From an uncultured bacterium (GTDB lineage: Bacteria > Oederibacteriota > JAAXVQ01 > JAUVAV01), in NCBI GenBank assembly GCA_963710755.1, contig CAVQBK010000013.1, positions 320,001 to 384,000 of the forward strand: DNA of 64,000 nt, given 5' to 3'. The number at the start of each line of letters is the position of its first letter. The stretch's first letter is position 1. The notes beneath the pieces were generated by a model. The model was not told the origin of the DNA. It did no database searches and saw nothing but the letters and a program-made list of their open reading frames with translations. Of this stretch, positions 49,301 to 61,300 are shown in pieces. The translations under genes and the position numbers were made by a program.

Positions 49301-52300
49301 CAGAATCTCGTCTGCCCACCAGCCTATATCGCCGGGCTTCTTACCCCGAATATCGGATTGAGCATACAGTTCAAGCAACTGCTGCATGATAACCAGGAAT
49401 TGCTTATAATTTGTTCGATGCTGCTTATCATTAGCCCAATACTTCAGATCGCCTGAATGGATTTGAATATCACCATAAGCGCGCTTTGTAAGATCCTGCT
49501 CCAAGGAAACAATGTCCGCTGACGGTACCTCGCCTGATAAAACAAGTGGTGTAGCTGTTTTAACGGAATTGGCTTTCATGTTCGCAATTTCAGCCAGGAT
49601 GTCTTTGGCCCTTTGCTCCAATTGTCTCGGATCCACGGCCACTGATTGCTCTACTTGTTGGATGGTGGTATCTCTCTTTAAATTTCCCAAGGTCCCCCTT
49701 CCGGACATTTCTAAAATAAAAAGCCCCAGGTCCCAACTGGTGGTGGTTGATGCCTTTTGGCCGTTGGCGACATTCAGGCTGTCAGCTATGTCCTTAGTAA
49801 AAAGACCAGCTTGATTCATAACCTCCAGACTGGTCATGGCCTGCTGGGGATAGAGTTGAAGAAAAGGCGCCACGGCATAAGGCTGAACCTGGTTCAGCTC
49901 CACTGACCCCAGTCCATGATACTTGCCGTCATCACCATAAGCTGGTGAGGTACCCCAAGCCTGATAGCCATGGGCTTTGGCATAGGCTTGAAACACGCCG
50001 CCCATTTCCTCCAGCATTTGCAAAGCCTTGCCGTCGCGGATGAATATATTGGGCAAGCTGTAGAAAAAGGCCGCCATATTTTCCGTGCCGCCGCCGCCAT
50101 AACGGGGGATGGTGAAGCCCATGATGGTTTCCTGCGGCACATGGGCATACCTGACCTGATTGTAAGCAGAAGGCTGCAGGGCACCGGCCATAATGGCCGC
50201 CAGATAAGCCGAGCTGTTGTCCGTAGGGCCTTCCAGGATCCAGCTTCTGTTCCAGGGATCGAGGTGACCTTTTCTGATGGCCTGCCAATCGTCAGTAGTC
50301 AGGCCTTCTTTAGTGCCGCCCAGCAGGCGCCCATTTTCAGTGACCACTTTATCCCATTGGTACCGTCCGGCAATGGTAGCGGCCAGTTCGGTGACCTCTT
50401 GGTTGATACCCGCATGCTTGAGCCATTGCAGCGCCAAGGCCAGATTGCCTTCATCAATAATGCTGTTCTTGATTTTAACTTTACCGTTTGCTTGTTCCGC
50501 CGATGGAATGCCTTGCCTATCCCTCACATTCAGCCAAGCCCAGGTAAAGGGGAACCCGTAAAGATTATATTTCTGCTGATAGCCATCGAGCATCTTCAAG
50601 GCCTTCATCAATTGGGCCAGCGATTCTTTACTTTTATTATGCTGATAATCCAAAGCCAGCACCATGAGGCCAATGCCGATGTTGCTGGTGCTGGTGTGGC
50701 CTGCCAGCGCGCCATTGCGGTTGTTACGATTATCTACCGGCCAGCCGGTGTTGGGATCGATGAGAGACTTGAAATCCCTGATCGCCTTGGCTTGCAATTG
50801 TTGGACAACCTTTTTTCCCTGAGCAGTTAATCTTTGGTAGGTATACGTTTGGGTCGTGGAAGTCCCTTTGGCAAAACTTTGATTGACCCCTCCGGTCCAG
50901 GGGCTGACCGTCAAGCTGAGGCTGAGGAGCAATACTCCAAAAAGTCCGAGCATGCGATGCCACCAGTGCTTTTTCGACTGGTCTTTACCCGGTGACAGCG
51001 CTGTGCCATTAGCCAAGGGAAGTTGATTTAAAATGGCGTTCCCCTCTTCCAAACGTTTAATGGTCAGCGATTGGGGTAAGCCCAATTGGTCGCTGAGCTT
51101 GTCTATTTGTTTGAGCATGGCCAGATAACGATATCCTCCGATTTCGCCCTGCATGGTATGGCCACCCACCCAAAAAACAGTTTGTCCTGTTAAATAATGA
51201 AGCAGCATCATCCATTGCACATCGCGAGAGGCAATAGCATCCAAAATCTTCTTTATCCGGCGTTGGGTGTACCGATCCTTGAAGTCCAATGGCTTTTCAG
51301 TATTTTTGGGATCCTTATTCTCCAGGATATTTTCCAAGTCATTAAGTGAGAGTTGATGGAGTTCTATTCCTAACCGCTTCTTTAAAAGATCATCCAAATG
51401 CAATTCCCTGGCCATGGCCATGATGCCCTCCACGGTGCCCGTGAAAGAAGCGCTTTGGCCTGGAAACGCTTGTTTGGACGTGGCTAGTCTATGGAGCCCT
51501 GAGCTGTTGAGGGTAAAGCCGCCGCTGTGGGCAAGGCTTGCTTGGAATTGGCCTTGTCGAAACAAACCGGCCCTCAAACGTTCCCCAAAGTTCACCACCA
51601 TGCCCGACACCTCCTCTTTTTTGGAGGTGGCAACAGATTCAACTTCAGGTGTTGGGGGGCGGTTGGTCCAACCAGACGTTACTGCCACCGGCCGGCCTTT
51701 TCCATTGTCACGCCGGAGTGCTTGTGCATGAGTTTTAAAATCAGCAGTGATCATGCGCGCCAGCAGCTTTTCCTGACGGCGGGTTTGTTTTGGTCCCAGT
51801 CCCAAAATGTCCACATTCAGGTTCCGTGTCCCATAGCCCATGGCCACGGAACGGGCAAAGAAAGGAATCAGATAATAGGAATACAGCGCTTTTTGGAGGT
51901 CCCGGTCCGCTACCACGTCAGGATGAGGCAATTCCGCCTCCGCTGATTTGCCCTCAGCTGTGGTGAGCCGCACGGTCATGCTTTTACCTGTAGCTTGTAC
52001 TACCTCCCGTACCGCCTGGGCAGCATCAGCAAAAAAGACGTCATTGTCTTTGCCTTGGCTGAAAATGGACAAGGCCTGCCCAATGGTTTTCCCAAAAATC
52101 GGCGACAGATTATTAAGGTCGGCACCCCTGGCATAAGCATGCCATATGGCTTGCTGATCCATCGCCTGCCACTCACCCTTTTCATTGGCGTATTCCATTT
52201 CAACGCTATAGGCCCCCGGACGGGAAGGTTTCCAGCTTATCTCCCAGACCGACAAGTCCTGAGGCAACCCATGCGCAAGCGAAGCCTCCGTGGCCTTGAT

Positions 52301-55300
52301 TGGTTTGGCCTTCAAGATGCCGGCGACTTGCTGACCCTGTTCCTCTTTAACCACATAGCGAACACCTTTACAGTCTTTGGGAAGAAAAACAGCGAGATGA
52401 AATTTTTGCCCTATTTGGGCCATCTGGCGCTGTCCCTGGTCCAAAGGCGGATCAAAGGCTGGTAAAAATAATCGGTGTTGCAACAGTTGCGCCAGACGCT
52501 TTTCCTGGTCACTTAAATCTTCGAGTTTTTCACCTCTGGCAATAGCCAAAGCACTCTTCTCTGCCACACCTTCAGCCGCAGCCCATAAGTCCAGAATGTC
52601 CTTGGTATACGTCTGAATATCCCCGCGTCCTGTTTGCTTTAACAAGCCCTGGATAAAGGTCAACTTTTGAAGTAATTCAATTTCTTCTCGTGTCCTGCTA
52701 TTTTCACCTCCCAGGAGCGCATTGAGCCGTTCCACGGTGATATGGTGAGGCAGACGAATGTCAAATTTTCCGGCATGGGCATTGGGGTCATTGATACGGA
52801 ATTGAGGCGGCAGGTTAAAAAGTCGGAAGCTGAAAGCAAAGCCAAGCCCGCCCGGCTGCTCAGCAGACGCCAGAGGTAAGCCCCATGCACCTGTTCCGCT
52901 ACTTCCGGACTATCCAGATCATGGAGCTCCCCGTCCAGTCCTTCGAAACCATCGGTCTTGAAATCATCGATAACCTTTTGCTTGCTTTCCCCGTTCATGG
53001 CAGCCCACATGGCGCTGAAGGTCACTGAATCATGGAGTGCGCCCGTAGCCAGCATACGGCTGGGCATGTGGTCAGGATAATAAGGATTTAGGCGGTCACC
53101 CCAGGGCTCGCCCGTAAGCGCGAAGATATAAGGCGCAAAGCCATAAGCCCCGCTGGTCTCCATTTCCGTTTGTGCTTGGTGGGGCACCACACCCAGGGTT
53201 TCATAAACCAGCGTCACACCGAGGGCCTTGGCATAGCGTTCCAGCTCAGCCAATAAGGTCGCCGAGTGGGGTGTGGGCTTAAAATAACCAAATTGTAACC
53301 GGTCCGATTCCTTGGGATCCATGTCAAAAAAATAAGTTTTCCAAAATCCTTGTGCTGATTGTTCATGCCCTTTTTTCCCTTTGATAGCATCAGCCGGAGT
53401 GGTTCGCAGGTAATCCTGCACCCGGGCATCATGTTTGATTTTCTGCTCCACGCTTTGGTATTCCCGGCGCCAGGGTGAATCTTCAGGTAAGGCTTTGTCG
53501 TAATCCTGGCGCGGTACGGTTCGGGCAATGTAAATGGCATTATCAGGACCGATGCGGCCATGTTCATTCATCAGCCAGTGCAAGGCATCAGCCGGTAATT
53601 GATTTTCCAAGTTGGCTGGCAATTGACGGCGCCACTGTTTTAATTTGTCCATATAGAGCGCTTGGGCTTTGTCGGCCGCGGCCTGGCGCAAGCGCTCCTG
53701 CTCTTCGTTGTCCGCTGCAGCCGATATGGCTGCCATGGCTTCTTGGCGTATGGCCATCATCTCCTTAAAAATCCCCAGGTCTTTCCAGGTCACATCACCT
53801 TCCGTGAAATAATAGCTGCGGAACAAGGCGAGTGCATGATCAATACGAATATACCGGCCGTATTTAGCCATGGCCTTGATCTGGGCTTTGAGGGCGTCCA
53901 TGGACTCGGATAAATACATCTGCCAGTATTGGGCATTGGGGTAAGCTTCTTCCGCAGGCACGCCGCGGCTGACGAGACGCAGAAAACCGAGCTTCTTTTT
54001 CAGCCCATACCAGGCCGGATGTTTCCAGGGATCGGCTTCACTGGGAGCAATACCCTTGTCCACCGCCAATTCAATGCCTTTGCTGCGGGCATAAGTTTTC
54101 AACTCATCATATTGCGCATCCGCGATAAATTGAACAAAGGCCTGAAAAAGAATCTGATCAGCCAGTCTTTTTTTGGCGTGACGCAAAGATGCCGGTTCCC
54201 TGGCCCATAAGCCTTCCTCGCCTGCTTCACATATATCACCTTTCCAGCGCTGCCAGGCCCAGTCGCGCAAGTCATCCAGTTCATATACTGTTTTCCCTTC
54301 CTGCTCCGCTTTTTCCTTAAGCTCATGGCGGCGCTGATTGTATAGGGCCTGAAAATCCGAATTTTCTTGACGGCGTTTTTCAGCCAGGACCAGTTGTCTT
54401 TCCCTGGTGGCAGGCATGGCCTTCCTATTATTCTTAGACCATGTTTGGAGGACCTCCAGTTGAAGAGTCTCACCATCCAGATATTGACCATCTTTTTCCC
54501 AGCGGGCCACTTCCTTGGCCATAAATTCTTGTTTGAGCAAATGGTAAAGAAGATCGTCTTCTTTATTCTTCTTTTCCTTTTTCCAATAAGTCTCAAAGGC
54601 TTGGCGCAGGTGCTGATTTTTTTCATTGTCCGGGTAAGCGGCCAAGGCTTGCCAGACCGATTGCAGCACCTCCAAGGTCAAGGCCCGTTTCTGATCATAT
54701 TGGGCCCGTTCAGCCTGACGCCACTTTTTGACGGCATCATAATTAAAAACTAATTTCCCTACTGCTCGCGGAGCATAGACGTGATTAAATACCCAGGGCA
54801 GATTGATAAATTTGGGATCCTTCATTTCCTCGCTTTCATAGGCATAGGGCGAGTTGCCGATAGGCGGCCAAAATAAACTTTCCATCATCATGGCTTTAAA
54901 GCCCATTAGTTTATGAAAATCCACCACCTTTTTCATGAGGATCAAATCCATGATCCCCATGTCCTCTTGTGAGCGCCAATGGAAGAGATAATCAATAGTG
55001 GCCACCACATTACGTAAGCCGGCCCGCGCCGGGGAAATAAATTTTTGGTAGGGGAAGAGTTTTCGATACAACGCATGGTGGGTGATGGCGCCGGCCAGAT
55101 AAACCGCGCTACCAGTCAGGCTGGTGGCAAGGATATGGTGCGGGGCCAACATCAGCACGGTTAGGCCGACCACAGCGGACAGCCCAAGGCTTACGGTAAT
55201 TTTAATGAAATTTAAACGGATTTGTTCTGTTTGATCCGAAGAGGCTGGAACTTCTTTATGCTCTGTTTCATCCCAAATGGTGGTATGCAGGAATGCAAAC

Positions 55301-58300
55301 AAGGGCTTGATGGCCAAATCATACACCCCGTAAGCCAATGCCAGCGATGCCGCCAACGCCGCCAGGAACCAGCCCGTCCCCACGCCGAGTACCACCGCTA
55401 TAATAGCCGGCGCCATGGTTGCTCCCAGCAGGGTAAAGAGCATCATATTCTCAATCTGCTCAGCTATGTCCAGCTCCACTTTATCCGACAAACGCCCAAA
55501 GGTAAATTTGTGCACCCAGGCTTTGATTTTGGGACTGGTCAGGCGGGGCGATTCTTTTTCCGGCTCAACAGCACCTGAGCTGAAAGCAGCCGCCAAGTCA
55601 GGATCTTGGCGCAAGGCCAACAAAACCTGTTCCGGTTCCAAGCGGGCATTAATCATTTCCAATATGAGTTGCCGCTGGATTTCATTAAAACGTTCATTGT
55701 GGGTTTCTTCGCCATGACCTTCGCGCAAATGGGCATTTTCATGCACCAACGTTTCCATAATATCGTACAGCTTGGCATAATCTTCCTGCGTGGTTGATTG
55801 GTGGTTCATAAACCGGTTCATCCAAGCGAGCCAATCGCCAATGCTATTTTGGTTAAAATTAATCCAGTCAGGACCATAGAAGGCTATGCGTTTCGTGGAA
55901 ACCGTCATGAACCCTACTTTATAAGGACCATAGCCATGGGTCTGCATCAAAGGCTGCATAAGATCCTGACAAAGTTTGGCCAAAGCATGATGCGCTGCGG
56001 TGAGCTCGCTTTCACGCAGAGGCGTGGGCCGGTCATCCTCAATCGTCACTTGTCCAAATCCTTGGTGTTGTGGCTTTTGTGCTTCTTTCAGCAACAGGGC
56101 AAAGGGTTCACTTAATTCTTTCAGGTCCACTGGGCTGTCACGGCGGTCGGCCTCAACCGCCATACAATGGAGATCGTAGAGGGAAAGTTTTTTACCCTCA
56201 CCAGGTTGTTGGACTTTTATTCTGGTGAGCAGTGTGGTGAGTTGATCCGAATTCTGAATAAACTGAACTTCCCGGTCAGTCAAATCTTCCCACCGTCCCT
56301 GATTAAGCTTACCGGCCAGAGTCTCAGTAGAAATGTAATGACGGACCAAATGATCATATTTGTACACCAAATCCAATGGCCGGTCATAATTCAACGTTGC
56401 TGCCGCGGTCTCCAGCACCGCGGCCAGGATTGCTTTTTGCAGTCGTGGCAAATATTTTTCCGTCTCCGCCAGCCCGCCCCGTTCCCGGTCGGTTACAATG
56501 GAATAAACATGTTGTTTGAGGCTGACCGGCAGGCTGAGGCTCAATCCTTGTGTTTTGAGCATGTCTTTTAGCGCTGCCGGCACCAAGGCCCACAATTCAG
56601 GGTATTGATTCAAGTCCATGACAAAATAGCCGGCCTGCAACACGCCTGTTTTCCCGGAAGCCCGTTTAACCACTTTGATCTTTTCCTGGTCCTGCCAGTC
56701 CACCTCAGCCAAGAGGGCCGCCTGTTCCGAAATATTACGGCCGTTGAAAGTAATGGTCAGCCTTCTTTTTTCATCAACCGACCCCAAGGTGCCCGCGTAG
56801 AGTTGCAAACTGTCGCCAATAATAGCTGTTTCCAAATCAATGCCGTCTTGATTCTGTTCATAATCCCCGGGGTACTCCTTGATCCAAGTATCGACGCGGG
56901 TACCTTCAAACTGGCCTTCAAACTCTGCGAAGCGCTCAACCTCCCAGGTAAAACCGCCTTGGCCATTGGGTATTTTTCGGACCTCCAAAATTTGAAAGCG
57001 GCCACTGCCTGATTTTCCGGAGATCACACGAACCCGGTCCGCGACCGTAAGATTTTTGTACCATCCCCGGCCGTAATATCCTTTGGAGGGATCAGCGCCT
57101 TCTTTCGCACCGGTCCTATCCAAGGGAAGCAGGAAGTTCAACATATCTTCCGTATCCATGCCAATGCCATAATCGCGGGTGCTTAGCACCAGTTGGGTTT
57201 TGCCTTTGGTTTGAACCGGCACGGCTGTGACTTCGATGCGTTGGGCTCCGCCCTTTTCCAAGCTGGCTTTATCCGCATTTTGAATGTTCTCTCTTATCCA
57301 TTCATAACCTTTTCCCATGCCGCCGCGCGCGATGTCTTCTTCCGTTTGAGCGTAAGCCTCATTGCCTTTAAGCGTTTGCTTTAAAGCCGCCACACTTTGA
57401 AAGATCCCCAAATTGCGGCGCACCCCGGCCAGCACTGAAAGTCTAATTTTTTTAATAACGTCCAAGCTACGGCCCCGCGGCAGGTTCAATTGGCGTGGGC
57501 TCAAATCTTCCATATCAACATCGCCGCGCAAATAGCGGATCAAAAAGGCGCCTTCAGCAATTTCATCCGGCCCGGTCTCTGGGGACAACCATTCCCAATG
57601 AGATTGCAAGCCTGTAATCATTTCAAAGCCTCTGTCCTCTCCTGCCTCCCCTGCAGCTATTACATGCAACCAACGATCCAAAACTTGATTAAAATACAGG
57701 TTATCGCTTACCACTTGCCCCAACCCATCAAGCAACTGGCCCACGGCCCTATGATGCTGCCGGAATAACCTACCGCAGATTTTGCTCAATGTTTCCTGGT
57801 TTTGTGGATTAAGACGTTTGATCTCTTGGCCGTCGGCAAAGGGCAGGAGCCAATCCAGTTTTTCCATATCCGCCGCACTCCAATTGTAGTGGAGCAGATT
57901 ATTTATAAACCGCGATTTCGCCTCCGGTGACAAGTGGTTATAAAATTCGTCACTCGGCTCAATAAAAGGACCGTCGGCAATATTCTTAAACCAATCCAAC
58001 GGTTGAATGGTGATGGTTTGGTTCTGCTTAAATATCACCAAGTCCGATTTGAGAAGATCAATAAACTCTCCCTCCAGTCCCGTAAAAATGGCGGTTGATC
58101 CCTCCAAACGGAACAACCTTTTTACCCCCCACTCCCCGATAATGGCATAATTGACGCCGCCAATGGAAAAAGGATTCCATGCATCGGGGATATTGCTCAT
58201 GTTCTCAACGTGGGTAAAATACCCATCACTTAAATGAAACAAACTCCAATGCCGTCTATGCTTGAGCCACATATAGATTTCACTGCCCACCTGCACGGGG

Positions 58301-61300
58301 TTGGTGGCTTTCTCCATCTCGCCCAATTCCTTAACCGGCTCAAACCGGTCATGAATTAACCGGTATAGCCTTGTTTCCCCATTTGTTAATGCGCCTAAAA
58401 TATAAATTTCTTGGCCCACGGCCACAGGTTTATCGTGATATGTAAAAGCAACCTCCGCCAGTTCTTGCACTTGAACAAAACGCCCCTGAACCAGCCGATA
58501 TAACCGGGCATCATTTGCTGGGCCGGCAATCTCATAGGTTTCCCCGCCCACTTCCACCGGCGTCCCATACCCATCCTTATCTTTCAATTCCACAATTTCC
58601 ACAAACCGTCCGTCAGTTAATCGATAAAAATGCTGCGAATCATCACTTAAACTGGTTAAGTTTACATAAATTTGCCCTCCGGCACTTACAGGGATACCAA
58701 TCTCACGTGCATCCGCCAATCCTTGGGTTAATTCGAACCGTCCATTAGCCAGCCTGAATAAGTAACTGTGATGGTCTGAAGAGCCAATGAAAAAAACTTC
58801 TTCCCCAATTTGAATAGGGCCCTCTTTAAGGTTTAATCTTCTTAATTCTTGTACCACTTCAAATCTACCGTGAGATCGTCTATAAATGATGTCTTCAGCA
58901 CCTTGCCTAACCGCTACATAAGTTTTTCCGCCTGCCTGACCAATCGGGTATATTATCTGCGCTGGTTTGAGATCAGGGACCACTTCGAAGCGACGGCCTG
59001 ACCATTGATATAAGCTCATGCTGCCCGGCTCGCCGGCGCCTACCAAGATATCTTCGCCCACTTTTTCAGGCATTTGGATAACATCCAAGCCGTGAAATTC
59101 AGTCAGTTCCGAAAATGCGGAACCAGTCCAGCGATAGAGATCATAAACAATGCCGCGCTGCATCCGTAAAAACAAATCACCATCAATTTCCGCCACGTCG
59201 TAGCTTTCACCGGCCAATTCGGTTTTGAAAGCATCGGCTATGGAAAAACCATGCACTGCGCAAAAGTCATCTATCTTCGACAAACGTTCCGCGGCCTTTG
59301 GAGCCAGTCCGGTCCGGCCCGACCGGAAATAATTGAACTGCAACAATTGCCGAATATTAACCGGATAATCATCAAACTTAAACGTCATGCCCGCCGGTGA
59401 TGCATCGGCTACGCCCCGGGGGACTGAGCCTCCGGCATGCAGAGTAGCTTCCGTTCCTGGTTTGGTGCCATAGCCGGTCCAAACCCCGAAGAGTAAATTC
59501 AAGAGCAGCGGGCCTTGCCCCGCTAAGGCTTTATCAACATAGGCATAATAAATAGCCTGGTTTAAAAGCAACAGCTTGCCTACCCGGGCAAAGGGGCGTG
59601 TCAAGTTGGCGATCCATACCGATTTGCCGCTGGACAACACAGGCTGGGCATCGATGCCTCTTGGATCGAATGGGAGCAGTCCCTCCTCAACCGTGAGGGG
59701 CTTTTTACCTGCATAGGCCTCGGGTGCGATGGCTTGCTGCTCCATGGCGGGTAAAAAAACATAGTCCATTTCTTTCAATCGGCTGGCAGCCTGATAAAAT
59801 CTTTGCCGCAGGTGACGCGCGATATTAAGTTCTTCACCCTTGGTCTTGGTCCGCTGTGATTGCTGTAAGCGTTCGGCGGCCAGATAAACAGCATTGACCA
59901 CGGGCATCATGCTTTCCGGATTATTGGAAAAATTTCGGAGCAGATTGTCGGCTACGGTCTGAAAAGCTCTGGCTGTCACCTCGTCCAGCAGGATTTGCTG
60001 GCGTCCCTCCCTTTGATCGCAGGCCGTGGGAAGATCAATCACCACTTCTTGAGCCAAGGCGGCACCTTCTATTTCCAAGGTCTCTACTTCCGTGCCACCG
60101 ACCAGTAAATAAACTTTGCTGGTCTTACCCACGTGCCTGGACCAGTAGTATTCTTCCCCATTGGCGGTCCAATCCTCCTGGAGTAATGCCGACTTCAATT
60201 GATCACCAGTTCGGTTGGTGGAAACTTCAGGCACCGGTAAGGCTTCCATGAGAGTTGACAATCCTCGGCCCTCATCAAAAGGGGCCACCCCCTTTCCTGA
60301 GTCACGCACATGTAATTCCCGTCCATCCTCGCTCAGCCAATAGCGCACGGCTTTCTCGCCCAACCGATAGGTTACCGGTTGGCCTGCCTGGTCAAAGGGT
60401 GACAAATCATTAACCAGGACTTGGCCGCTTTTCCCCTGGAAGATGAGACCGCGCCGCGAGGTACCCAGCTTTTTTCTGATGTAGTTTTCCAGACGCTTGC
60501 CATCCAAGGGCTGCTGGCGGTGCAGCACCACCTCGGTGCCCGGGCCCTGGGTGGCTAACAGGGATTCGTGATAAAAATTAACCCGGATGGTACCTCTTGT
60601 TTTTACGAATACTGCTTTGTAGCGCGTACGTCGTTCCTTATCAGGTATAGTGATAAACTCCAGGCGGTCGCCTTCGTTCTGCAAGAGCCCGATGGCTTGA
60701 TAGACACCGCGGCCAAAGCGGCCAATAGCGTCACCCATGGCGTCAAAGCCATTGTTGATCAATTCCACCAAAGCTTGATCAGCCGTGGTGGATTGGCGTT
60801 TCATGAGCGTATCCAAGCGTTCCGGCTCAAGAGGAAATCCTTCGGCCATGCATTCCCGGGCAAGGTCTACAAAAACAGGCCCAATGCCTTCCTTGGGCTG
60901 CGAAGTCTCAAGGGCTTTGATAAACCGTTCCCGATAGGCTCGCTGTTTTTCTGCTGGCAAATCACGCAAATGCTTGATGAGACTGACATATAGAGCAAGA
61001 TCATAGCCGTCTTTGGTGTAGAATTGTGATGGGGATTGCTTCTCGGAAAGTTTAGCTTTGGGCCGTCGCGGTAAAACCCATTTAACTAAAATTATCAGTG
61101 CCAATAAGATCGCCGCGGTCCAAGTTGCCTGGCTGGTCAGACCGCCTGCCAAAGGTGATTCCCAAAGCGGGATGTGAGGTAAAAAACCCGTGGTTCCGGC
61201 CATCAGCAATGAAGCCGGTGACAACGCCGGCAGAGGCCCTTGTAATTTTATTTTCATGGTTACCCAGGCTTGCTGCAAAACCCTGCTTAGGGATTCCAGA

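Noticed and set aside
49970-50830. 286-aa plus-strand ORF inside the giant gene
   Set aside because: Antisense shadow of the glucanase-like domain, with no motifs or RBS.
51050-52100. ROK-family sugar kinase domain in the giant protein
   Set aside because: Only faint resemblance (VVNFGERLRAGLF, VFWVGGH) and the DxGGT motif is absent, so it was not called as a functional domain.
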